A DNA stretch of 64,000 bases from Candidatus Hadarchaeota archaeon (GTDB taxonomy: Archaea; Hadarchaeota; Hadarchaeia; Hadarchaeales; JAGGTB01). This document shows, in pieces, positions 49,795-58,409 of the stretch (positions are counted from its first letter, which is position 1; each line of letters begins with the position of its first letter). The stretch lies in assembly GCA_964384105.1 (NCBI GenBank), contig CAYLJV010000003.1:64001-128000 (forward strand), in the 5' to 3' direction. Below the pieces are notes generated by a model. That model ran no database searches and was not told the DNA's origin. It saw only the letters and a list, made by a program, of their open reading frames with translations. Position numbers and translations under genes: made by a program.

Positions 49795-50251
49795 TCATCA
49801 GTGTGGAAAAGAAATTCAAGACAACGATGAAGTAATAGTTATGGATTATAGGGGAGATTATACAGACATAACTGATCTTTGGATTTATCATAAAAGCTGT
49901 ATAGACCCCATATCAATAGAAAGAGAGAAAGTTCTCGATAATGGAAAATGGAAAGTAGTTAAAGAAAATCTTAAATAATTGTATTAATCCAATGCATTCT
50001 TTGAAAAAATGATAAGAAAAGAATTTCTGAAATAACTCACAGAATATTATTTTACGTCGAACCTAAGAAACATTCAAGTATTAATTGATGGAAATAGAAA
50101 AATCTTATTTTGCGAGTGGTTTAAAACGGTTACCAAAATAATCGGAATTGTAAACCTTCTATTCTTCCAGAAGTGTTTTACGAGTGGTATAGAAAATGAT
50201 AGGGGAAGATGAACTCTTCTCAAAAATATAAGGGGTTAGAGGTCCGATTTT

Positions 50252-50785
50252 ATGGCTGATACTAAGTATAAGGTTAACAATGTCGTCATGACTGTTTCTT
50301 ACGAGAATACTAGATTTAACTTGGAGGAACTTACTTCTAATTTAGAAGGGGCAAGATATGAACCTGAAAGCTTCCCTGGAGTAATCTATAAAACGATCGA
50401 GCCTAAAGCCGCTTTTCTGATATTTTCTTCTGGAAAAGCGAACTGTGTAGGAGCGAATAGTGTCGAAGGAGGGAAGAAGGCAATAGAAAAGCTTACAGAT
50501 AAACTTCAAGATTTAGGGTTTGGTGTTGGTGAGCCAGTCATTGAAGTTCGGAATATGGTTGCTAAAGTGGATTTTCAGAGGAGTTTCGATCTGGAGGAAA
50601 TAGCAAGGAACTTTCCTCACGCAGAATATAATCCAGAAACATTTCCAGGACTCGCATTCAGATTGGAGGGGTATAAGAGTATGATATTTCTGCTTTTTAC
50701 ACAGGGCACAGGGGTCTGTGTCGGAGCTAAGAGTGAGGAAGAGATTGAGGAAGGTATAAGAAGAATAGAAGAGGCCATCGAATAA
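50252..50785 (+). CDS. tbp: TATA-box binding protein (TBP) paralog
   Basis: Two repeats: YEPESFPGVIY...LIFSSGK and YNPETFPGL.FR...LLF..G..VC.GAK. Confidence 0.93.
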   Translation: MADTKYKVNNVVMTVSYENTRFNLEELTSNLEGARYEPESFPGVIYKTIEPKAAFLIFSSGKANCVGANSVEGGKKAIEKLTDKLQDLGFGVGEPVIEVRNMVAKVDFQRSFDLEEIARNFPHAEYNPETFPGLAFRLEGYKSMIFLLFTQGTGVCVGAKSEEEIEEGIRRIEEAIE

Positions 50786-50882
50786 GAATCTTAAAAATTC
50801 TACAAGTTAGAAAAACATGAAACAATCTATGGCATGGATCAATCCAAACCTACTAGACTAGTAGTTACCCACTTATGACTAT

Positions 50883-50996
50883 TTAGATTAACATTGCAGT
50901 AGCATCCAACTCTATCTGACAGTGAATACACCTGTCCCTGCCATCTTCAATAGTTTCCTTGCTAAGTTTTTTACCACACTCAACACATTTCTTCAT
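50883..50996 (-). CDS. 37-aa C4 Zn-finger micro-protein, copy 1 (not in ORF track)
   Basis: MKKCVECGKKLSKETIEDGRDRCIHCQIELDATAMLI*; AGGAG RBS and TATAAATA upstream. Confidence 0.85.
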   Translation of the reverse strand: MKKCVECGKKLSKETIEDGRDRCIHCQIELDATAMLI

Positions 50997-51132
50997 TATC
51001 AAAACTCTCCTTGATCGGCCCTAAGGTCTGAAGCACTATTTATAGGTCACTGTTTGCAGGGTTGAAAAGTGGAAATATGAGTAATGATGACTAATTCTTT
51101 TAATTCCGGAGGATTATTTGGGAATACTTAAA

Positions 51133-51245
51133 GGAGAGGGGAGAGTAGTTCATACGAAGTCAAGTTTATTGGACGTTACTAAACGTCCACCTTAAACCCG
51201 AGCTGGGCGGTCCCCCCCGACCGTTCAGCTTCCTCCCCCCTTCTC
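51133..51245 (+). ncRNA. candidate structured ncRNA (closing stem plus two hairpins)
   Basis: GAGAGGGG/CCCTTCTC; TGGACGTT-ACTA-AACGTCCA; AGCTGGGCGGTC-C6-GACCGTTCAGCT; TTTTAATT box about 30 nt upstream. Confidence 0.45.
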
Positions 51246-51344
51246 AAAAATTTATTTATATTCATAGACTTCTCTCGAGAGAAGGAACTAAATCAAATGT
51301 TCACAGATGATATCTCTACAGGGAAGAGAACGTATTGTTAACTT

Positions 51345-52298
51345 TCAATACACTTCTACCTCTTCATCGAGCTCTTCAGCTAGTTCTTTGTACCTGTTTC
51401 TAACCGTGACTTCGGTAACGTCTGCAACTTCTGCCACTTCTCTCTGGGTTCTCCTTTCACCACATTTCAGCGCGGCTATGTAGAGTGCTGCTGCAGCTGT
51501 TCCAGAAGGAGTTTTGCCCGATGTCAATTTTTCTTCTTGTGCCTTCCGAATTATCTTCATAGCTTCAACCCTGGCTTCATCTGATATATTCAGCTCGCTT
51601 CCGAACCTGGCTACATACCTGCTTGAGTCCGTGGGGGGAAGATCAATGTCTAATTTTCTTGCAATAAATCGATAGGTGCGTCCTATCTCTTTTTTATCCA
51701 CTCGGCTAACTTCAGTTACCTCTTCGAGAGTTCTGGGCATTTGAGCTTCCCGACAGGCTGCGTAGAGAGTAGCTGAGACCACTCCCTCTATCGAACGGCC
51801 TCTAATTAAATCAGCGTATAAAGCTTCCCGATATATTTTGGAAGTATTTTCTCTCACGTTTCTCGGTAAACCAAGCTGAGAGGCCATCCGATCCATCTCA
51901 GAAAGGGCGAAAGCTAGGTTACGGTCCTTGGCACCTGAAACCCTAATACGTTTTTGCCATTTTCTAAGACGGTACATTTTATAGCGTTTTCCTGGAGACA
52001 GGGTCTTTCCTCGACTGTCTCTATTGCTCCAATCGATTTGGGTTGAGAGCCCCTTATCGTGAATAGTGTACGTCATTGGAGAGCCTCCCCGACTGCGCTC
52101 TTCTCTTTGCTCTTGACTGAAAGACCTCCACTCAGGCCCCCTATCCTTAATATCTTCCTTTATAACAAGGCCGCAGCTCCTGCAAACAATCGTATTCTGT
52201 TGATAATCCCTGACAGTAACACTATTCCCACAATTAGGACAATGAAACTCTGAACTTCTGTTCTTCACTTTCTTAGAGGAATAAGTATCGGTCAACAA
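51345..52298 (-). CDS. tfb: transcription initiation factor IIB (TFB) paralog
   Basis: [45 protein letters not shown]. Confidence 0.96.
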   Translation of the reverse strand: MLTDTYSSKKVKNRSSEFHCPNCGNSVTVRDYQQNTIVCRSCGLVIKEDIKDRGPEWRSFSQEQREERSRGGSPMTYTIHDKGLSTQIDWSNRDSRGKTLSPGKRYKMYRLRKWQKRIRVSGAKDRNLAFALSEMDRMASQLGLPRNVRENTSKIYREALYADLIRGRSIEGVVSATLYAACREAQMPRTLEEVTEVSRVDKKEIGRTYRFIARKLDIDLPPTDSSRYVARFGSELNISDEARVEAMKIIRKAQEEKLTSGKTPSGTAAAALYIAALKCGERRTQREVAEVADVTEVTVRNRYKELAEELDEEVEVY

Positions 52299-52409
52299 TA
52301 TTCTCTATCCTGATCATTCCTGTTAGTTTTTCCTGAAAGAACAAATTTTCAATTGGTTCCAAAAGGATTGTCCGTTAATTCTGCACTATATTCCGGCTTC
52401 TTTAGCATA

Positions 52410-52487
52410 CTACTCCTCTAAGTTTCTCTCGATCCACCTTACCTTCTCATCAGCAGTCATACTACTCCAGTTATCTGGAACTTTCAT
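52410..52487 (-). CDS. 25-aa micro-ORF upstream of tfb
   Basis: GAGG RBS then MKVPDNWSSMTADEKVRWIERNLEE*; a 19-aa ORF follows immediately (52349-52408). Confidence 0.4.
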   Translation of the reverse strand: MKVPDNWSSMTADEKVRWIERNLEE

Positions 52488-52581
52488 AATTCCTCATCTA
52501 TTCAGTTATCTCAAAGTAATCAACTATCTTGTTTATGGGTAGAGTGGTCACTGGAAGTGAACAGAAAATTGACAAATCATC

Positions 52582-52607
52582 TAAGCGGACTAAATGGTTT
52601 AATCAGG
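52582..52607. repeat. 26-bp bipartite motif TAAGCGGAC-N7-KTTAATCAGG, copy A (B 52928-52953, C 57649-57674)
   Basis: Three same-orientation intergenic copies with fixed spacing. Confidence 0.8.
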
Positions 52608-53035
52608 CCACCTCTTATCATAGGTGAGGTCTTGATTGAGTAATAATAAAAACACTTTACAAGGAGAACCAAGATAGAATTGTTTGTCCTGCCGGAAAGA
52701 TATCCAAAATATATCCTTAAGTCATCAAACCTCGGAAATTTTTTAAAGTGATGCCGAGGAATTTCAGTTCTCTTTGCTTTCAATTAGTTCAAGAAATCAC
52801 GAATCAACGGGGGATTGCCAGTCCCGGCAGGGCTTTTCCCTTTATATCAAGTATGTCTTTTTATGCAAAGTCGCAGGACTCTCAAGCTATTGTAATAATT
52901 TTGAATTAAATATCTCCTATATGAAGATAAGCGGACAATTTAGGTTAATCAGGCTAGCCAAGTAATTTGGTTATTGTCTGAAGAGGGGAGATTATAATGA
53001 AAAGAGTTAGACTACCAAGTAATTTCCCCATGGTA

Positions 53036-53088
53036 GAGCGTCGATACCGCTATACCCTCAATCTATGGCATGGTTGAGTCGAAACCCG
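53036..53088. repeat. ~53-bp double-hairpin repeat (second copy 58340-58392, partial copy 50823-50850)
   Basis: GAGCG-N7-CGCTATACCCTCAATCTATGGCATGGTTGAG-N3-AAACCCG. Confidence 0.85.
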
Positions 53089-53116
53089 CTAATAGTAGAG
53101 GCCCAATTGCGATTTT

Positions 53117-53230
53117 TTAAATTAACATCGCAGTAGAGTCCGACTCGGTCTGACAATTAAAACAACGGTCCCTGCCCTCTTCAATAGCTTCCTTACTCAA
53201 TTCTTTTCCACACTCTATGCACTTTTTCAT
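53117..53230 (-). CDS. 37-aa C4 Zn-finger micro-protein, copy 2 (not in ORF track)
   Basis: MKKCIECGKELSKEAIEEGRDRCFNCQTESDSTAMLI*; same length, RBS and TATA as copy 1, with synonymous divergence. Confidence 0.85.
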   Translation of the reverse strand: MKKCIECGKELSKEAIEEGRDRCFNCQTESDSTAMLI

Positions 53231-53780
53231 TTTCAATTCACTCCTTGATCAGTCCCAGAGAAAGAAGTTCTATTTATAAATTATGAATATCTCTTTTCAA
53301 GTTATTTCAGTTATTTCTTCTATGAACTCTCCAGCAAGCTCGACTTTATTGCCAAAACTTCTTATTAACTGTTTGGATTTACTTTCAGAGAAAAAAGCTC
53401 CTTTTACTCGCAATACATACTTTAGTTACCAACCTCGTAAATTTTTATCCCAAAAAACCGGATTTTACTTGAATTAGCTTCCTAATTGAACGAAAAATCT
53501 GAAGGAATCAAACCCGGGTCTTTTACTTATAAATAAAACCCTTGAAGTCCCTTTTCTTTATAGATAATTGGGCTTACAGGGGATTTATCTCCGAATAAGA
53601 CAAGTTGTTTTACTATATAGATAGTTTTCTTCTGTTTTTATTCCTTAGAAAGGTAAAAAAGAAAGTAAAAGCATGAAGGTGGCCTTCACGAAATTCCGAG
53701 AGAAGTTGGAAAATCAAGATTGAAATCACGAACCGAAAAGCATTTAATTTCAAATTCTGAGTTCGGGAAGGTGAGTTTGA

Positions 53781-53976
53781 GGGGCCGGGATTGTTACCCT
53801 TTCGCGGGCAGGTTGAAAAGCAGCCGATCGGTAGCCGACCGAAGCAGAGCCTGCCGGCATCGCCCGACCCCTGTGCCCCATTCTCAGTAAAAACAAGGAG
53901 GTGAGAAACCCCGAAGGGACACCAAAACCGCCAGTGTTGAAAACTCGGTTCCTAAAGAGAAGAAGTTCACCGGCGG
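53781..53976 (+). ncRNA. candidate structured ncRNA, copy 1
   Basis: GC-rich, shares conserved blocks and stems with 56347-56551; CGAAAAGCATTTAATT BRE/TATA at 53734-53749; T-tract near 54020. Confidence 0.6.
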
Positions 53977-54243
53977 AATCGTAAAACACATGACAATTAA
54001 TGTTATTAAACGAGGAATTCTTTTTGGCTTACTCCCTCCCATATATAATTTAACAATATGTTAAAAATATTCCTATTTTCTGTAATTCTACCTTCACAAA
54101 ACTTTAGCATAAGTAAATAAAAAGAATAAGGAGAGGTCCCTTGGTTCTGAAGAAGGGTCAGGGAGTTCCTCCATTTTTTTACTTTCACCCAACTCAGACA
54201 ACCGCTTAACAGTACATAACCAAAGAGTTAAATCTATGATAAA

Positions 54244-54507
54244 TTGGGAAGGCCCATACCTACTTTCAGATATGTAATCGAGAAAGAGATAGAAAATTGG
54301 AAAGAGTTCAAGAGAGCTTTGAGTAGGAAAGACAAAGAGATTTTCAATAGGATCATGGAGTACTGTAGGAAACACATTCCAGCTTGTTCTCAGACCAACA
54401 ATCCAGAACCCTTTCGGCCTATGATTATTTCTATTATTCTAGAGCAACTAAAGAAATTGAATTTTCCTGAAGAAGCTATCTCGAAAATTCAAGAGTTGAT
54501 AGAATAG
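54244..54507 (+). CDS. small helical protein resembling the PolB2-associated arCOG07300 family
   Basis: MGR..PTFR...W..F.RAL...D...F......R.H.......P.P....ISI.LEQ pattern, recognised from memory of the family. Confidence 0.6.
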   Translation: MGRPIPTFRYVIEKEIENWKEFKRALSRKDKEIFNRIMEYCRKHIPACSQTNNPEPFRPMIISIILEQLKKLNFPEEAISKIQELIE

Positions 54508-54571
54508 AAAGAATAAATTCAAAAGGGCAGAAACTATTTTGGTTTTTTACTTCTGTTTTTCTTTAATTGAC

Positions 54572-55507
54572 TTAATATGTTTCCAATTCAATTTCGAGTT
54601 CTTTGGCCACATCCTTATACCTGTTCCTGACAGTGACCTCGGTCACCCCCGCCACCTCAGCAACAGATCTCTGGGTTACTCTCTCCCCACCTTTCAAGGC
54701 GGCTATGTAAAGACACGCAGCAGCCGTCCCACTGGGACTCTTGCCCGAAGTCAGTTTTTTCTCTTGGACTCTCTTAATCAAATACATAGCATTCGTTTGG
54801 ACTTCTCCAGAAATACCAAGCTCACTACCAAAACGAGTCACATAACTGGCCGGATCAGTCGGGGGAAGGTGGATATCTAACTTTCGTGTTAAAAACATGT
54901 AACTACTAGTGATCTTCTTCATCTTAACTCGGCTTACCTCTTCGATCTCCTCAAGAGTTCGAGGCATCTTTGCTTCACGACATGCTGCATAAAGTGTAGC
55001 TGATACGACACCTTCGATTGATCTACCACGAATCAAGCCCTTTTCAACAGCCTCTCTGTAAATTTTTGACGCGATCTCCTGCGTACTTCTCGGCAGACCC
55101 AGCTGAGATGTCATCCTACTCATCTCACCAAGTGCAATGATCAAATTTCTATCACCTGAACTAGCGATCCTGCTTCGATTATGCCACTTTCTCAGTCGGT
55201 ACATCTGCTGGGACTTTTTTGGAGACAGATTCTTACCCTTCGCATCTCTGTTCTTCCAGTCAATATTAGTGGAAAGTCCTTTATCGTGAATAGTGCCCGT
55301 TGAAGGAGGCCCGGATCTCTTTTTATTCTGATATTCTTTGGCACTGAAAGCTCGCCATTCTGGACCCCTGTCCTTAATACTCTCTTCTATGATCCTACCG
55401 CAATCAGCACATATTCTAACGTTTTGCTGATAATCCATAATCCTGGAGGTACTACCACAGTTCGGACATTTAGCGGATGCTTTCTCAGAACCCTTAATAG
55501 AACTCAC
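54572..55507 (-). CDS. tfb: transcription initiation factor IIB (TFB) paralog
   Basis: [45 protein letters not shown]. Confidence 0.96.
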   Translation of the reverse strand: MSSIKGSEKASAKCPNCGSTSRIMDYQQNVRICADCGRIIEESIKDRGPEWRAFSAKEYQNKKRSGPPSTGTIHDKGLSTNIDWKNRDAKGKNLSPKKSQQMYRLRKWHNRSRIASSGDRNLIIALGEMSRMTSQLGLPRSTQEIASKIYREAVEKGLIRGRSIEGVVSATLYAACREAKMPRTLEEIEEVSRVKMKKITSSYMFLTRKLDIHLPPTDPASYVTRFGSELGISGEVQTNAMYLIKRVQEKKLTSGKSPSGTAAACLYIAALKGGERVTQRSVAEVAGVTEVTVRNRYKDVAKELEIELETY

Positions 55508-55990
55508 ATTATTACTCTTCTTCCCATCTACTAGTACTTTCCTCCGATTTTTCAGAATACGCTAAGGAGGAACTTAAGTAGTTCAAAAATGATTTTGAAA
55601 AGCCAGCCAAATATAAACTCTAACTCTACACCAAAAACACTTAAAAACTCGAAAACATCAAAAATACACTCAATCGATAAATAAATACCTAAAAAGTCTT
55701 AGAATTTTGTTCCAGACCATAAATATTCTTAAATAAGGTGACAGAACACCATATTTATTCTCATAGGGAATCCAGTTAACTCTTTCATAAAAGTTAAAAA
55801 TTAACTAATTGTTTTTCAATCAAAATATCAATTTTATCCATATAAAATTCATACCTATATCATCTTAGATGATATGGTAAAATCGGAATATTGATAGTTT
55901 TTAGTTTTTAGAAGTTTTTACTGAAATGAGAAATGAATAGTTTCTAAAGAGAAAGTAGATAAGAATTGAAAATGGTGGATAAGGTTTTAA

Positions 55991-56242
55991 TTGTATCCAA
56001 GATTAGGAGGATTTGGAGGGGTTACAATGAGCAAAACTAATCAATCAGTCACAGAAGAAGATGATGAGATTTTCAGCAATGAAAGATTTGCAGAAACAAC
56101 AATACAGAGGATAAGCAAGTATGTAAAAAATTACGGTGAGAAGGACAAGGAGGATATTTACAAGCTACTGAAACGGTGTTATGTGGCTCTGTGCCGATTG
56201 AGGAATTGGGAGCCACAAGATCTCGACAAATTCAGGGATTAA
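55991..56242 (+). CDS. small hypothetical protein
   Basis: GGAGG RBS before MSKTNQ (56027). Confidence 0.55.
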   Translation: MYPRLGGFGGVTMSKTNQSVTEEDDEIFSNERFAETTIQRISKYVKNYGEKDKEDIYKLLKRCYVALCRLRNWEPQDLDKFRD

Positions 56243-56346
56243 TGCATTATTTGGATGGTTATCTCCGATTTAACTTGAAAAATCCTAAATAAAAAATCGA
56301 AAAGTATTTTAATTCCAAAACAGTGATTTTGATAGATTGAAAATAA

Positions 56347-56551
56347 GGGGCCGGGATTGTTACCCTTTCGCGGGCAGGTTGTTGCCTATACCAGTTTAGG
56401 TCGGTCGCCAACCAACCACAGAGCCTACCGGAACGCCCGGCCCCAGAGCCCCCTTAAACCGAGCCAATGGGGAGGTGAGAAACTCCATAGGGGGACTCAT
56501 TCCGCCGGTGTTTGTAAATTCTGTCCTCAAGAGAAGAAAAGATACCGGCGG
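56347..56551 (+). ncRNA. candidate structured ncRNA, copy 2
   Basis: First 35 nt identical to copy 1; GGGGCCGGG/CCCGGCCCC and CCGCCGGTG/TACCGGCGG stems; CGAAAAGTATTTTAATT promoter at 56298-56314; T-tract near 56601. Confidence 0.6.
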
Positions 56552-56817
56552 GAGCTTGATAATGGAAATGTTAACTAAAGCATCTGAACTAGAAAGAAGC
56601 CTTTTCTTTAATCCACCCCCCCAATTGATTCATCGGAATTAAACTCCGTATGCAAAGACCCTTTGCCATCTGAATGTGTGCATTTAAATTTTACGAATTG
56701 TGTCGAAAGTTTTAGGGCAAGGATTTTGTTTGAAACTGTGGAGCTTATGGTTCACTTAAGGTAAATAATGAGGAGAGTTCAACAAATTTTCAGTTAAAAA
56801 CTCCTATTTTTTAGTTT

Positions 56818-57075
56818 CTAGCTACGAGGAAGCAAATTCCTCATCTGATGGTATTTTTCGAGAAATTTTGAGCCCTTTTCAGTTAAATCCCACTGTAAAG
56901 GCGAGTGGGCCCTTACTTCAACGAGACCATTTTTCCGTAGCTGTTCGAGATACTCATTGCATCTCTTAAAGTTCAAGTTTGCTTTATAAACAATATGGGT
57001 TTTTCGAGATTTATGTTTAACAGCTGTTAGAAGATCTGCATAAACATCGAATCTTGTTCTTCGGTCCCTACCCAT
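56818..57075 (-). CDS. archaeal winged-helix transcription regulator (COG3432/HTH_45-like)
   Basis: RRTRFDVYADLL...KTHIVYKANLNF...YL..L...GLV...LTEKG..FL. Confidence 0.85.
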   Translation of the reverse strand: MGRDRRTRFDVYADLLTAVKHKSRKTHIVYKANLNFKRCNEYLEQLRKNGLVEVRAHSPLQWDLTEKGSKFLEKYHQMRNLLPRS

Positions 57076-57784
57076 AATACCCTAAGTTGTTCTTACCAAA
57101 CCACCTTACTTAAGGTTAGCTTACTACTAGTACAGAACATTATTCTTAGGAAGGGTAAAAAGCGAACTTTCTGTATTTTTTAACATAATGTTTGAAGAAA
57201 ATATTTGTTAGTGTCGGATTGAAAGTTTTAGGATAGAAAATAAAAAGAATAAAGGGGTATACGCCTTTTCCCTTTCTCTCTTAAACAATATGATTAGAAA
57301 AAATATAGTGGGTTTGTTTAATAATTATTTATATGGAATAATTTTGTGAAAAAAATAGAACTCTCTAAAACTAAACAGAGAGAAAATTGGAATAGGATCA
57401 GTAATGTGATAAAAATTAGTGCAGTTAGTTTTTTGCAACTGTCCCTACCATTTTCTATTTAATTTTCGTACAATTTACCTACTATTTTGAAGGCTCTGGA
57501 TTATCATACCATACAATAATCGTTGTAGTTGTTCCTTATTTCGGATTTTCACTACTTGCTTTAAAAAAACTGGAGACCACTAAAAAGCCTCACAGAAAAA
57601 TAGGCTATACTAAAGAGATCTGAAGGTTCCCAAATGAATTGGATCATGTAAGCGGACTGAATGGGTTAATCAGGTTAGGTTATTTGAAACGGTAATTTAG
57701 TTATTAATAGATTTTCTTCGAGTTTGGCTCATAGAACCCTATAAGTTTTGAAACAAGACTTGTTTATTCTTATGTGAGTCCCTT

Positions 57785-58321
57785 ATGAAAAAGGATAGAA
57801 AATCAGATAGGAAGAAAAAGGTTGCTATCGGGATAATCATAATAATTTTAGTAGTGATAGTCGCATACCTATATTTCTCTGGAGGTTCTACCGAAGCAGA
57901 AGAGGTCAACAGTGTTGACATTGAAGTAGAAGGTGATACCAATCTTGGTTTCTCTGGAGAATACAGGATGAGGGCCAGAGGTTTGCAAAAAGAGAAACCA
58001 GACGTGAGGTTGGATATAACTTCTGGAAAACCCGCTATGACTATCTGGATCTACAATAGCGAGGAGGGCGAACTATATGGGTATAATTCTGATGACGACT
58101 ATTGGGTTAACCTTTCGGAAATGCCCGACTTAGAGTATCTACAAGAATTCGCAAAATCAATGAGAGACTACGTGAGTTCAGGAGAGGGTGACATGACAGT
58201 AGAATATCAAGGGTCGAAATATGAATTGAGAATTAATGAAGTAAACCCATCACTCCCCGACAGTCTATTCACTCCACCAGAAGATGCAAAAATGGAGAAC
58301 TTAGTTCCAAAGAATCTGTAA
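57785..58321 (+). CDS. membrane-anchored exported protein (LolA/DUF4412-like tail)
   Basis: N-terminal TM anchor; VRLDI; NPSLPDSLFTPP C-terminus. Confidence 0.6.
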   Translation: MKKDRKSDRKKKVAIGIIIIILVVIVAYLYFSGGSTEAEEVNSVDIEVEGDTNLGFSGEYRMRARGLQKEKPDVRLDITSGKPAMTIWIYNSEEGELYGYNSDDDYWVNLSEMPDLEYLQEFAKSMRDYVSSGEGDMTVEYQGSKYELRINEVNPSLPDSLFTPPEDAKMENLVPKNL

Positions 58322-58409
58322 ATTCAAACTTACATGATAGAGCGTATCTGACGCTATACCCTCAATCTATGGCATGGTTGAGGCCAAACCCGATTAATAC
58401 TTACCTTAA

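Noticed and set aside
52809-52840. GGGGGATTGCCAGTCCCGGCAGGGCTTTTCCC as a small pseudoknot or ribozyme
   Set aside because: Single copy, short alternative pairings, and no match to a ribozyme consensus I can verify
53899-53923. GGTG-AGAAA-CCC-CGAA-GGG-A-CACC as archaeal SECIS or c-di-GMP-I riboswitch fragment
   Set aside because: The internal loop does not match GAA/A directly followed by the S-S pairs, the second copy deviates further, no selenoprotein is adjacent, and the riboswitch core is incomplete
53750-53989. Track ORFs 53750..53989(-) and 56357..56578(+) as proteins
   Set aside because: They lie on opposite strands of homologous DNA and indels break frame conservation; they are better explained as GC-rich shadows of a structured RNA
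54049-54065. Palindrome TTTAACA-ATA-TGTTAAA with weak look-alikes near 57180 and 57281 as a wHTH operator
   Set aside because: AT-rich context makes chance matches likely, and the other copies are too degenerate
50800-58400. CRISPR array or classical integron from the dispersed repeats
   Set aside because: Repeats are irregularly spaced by hundreds to thousands of bp, no cas genes are present, and there are no attC consensus ends
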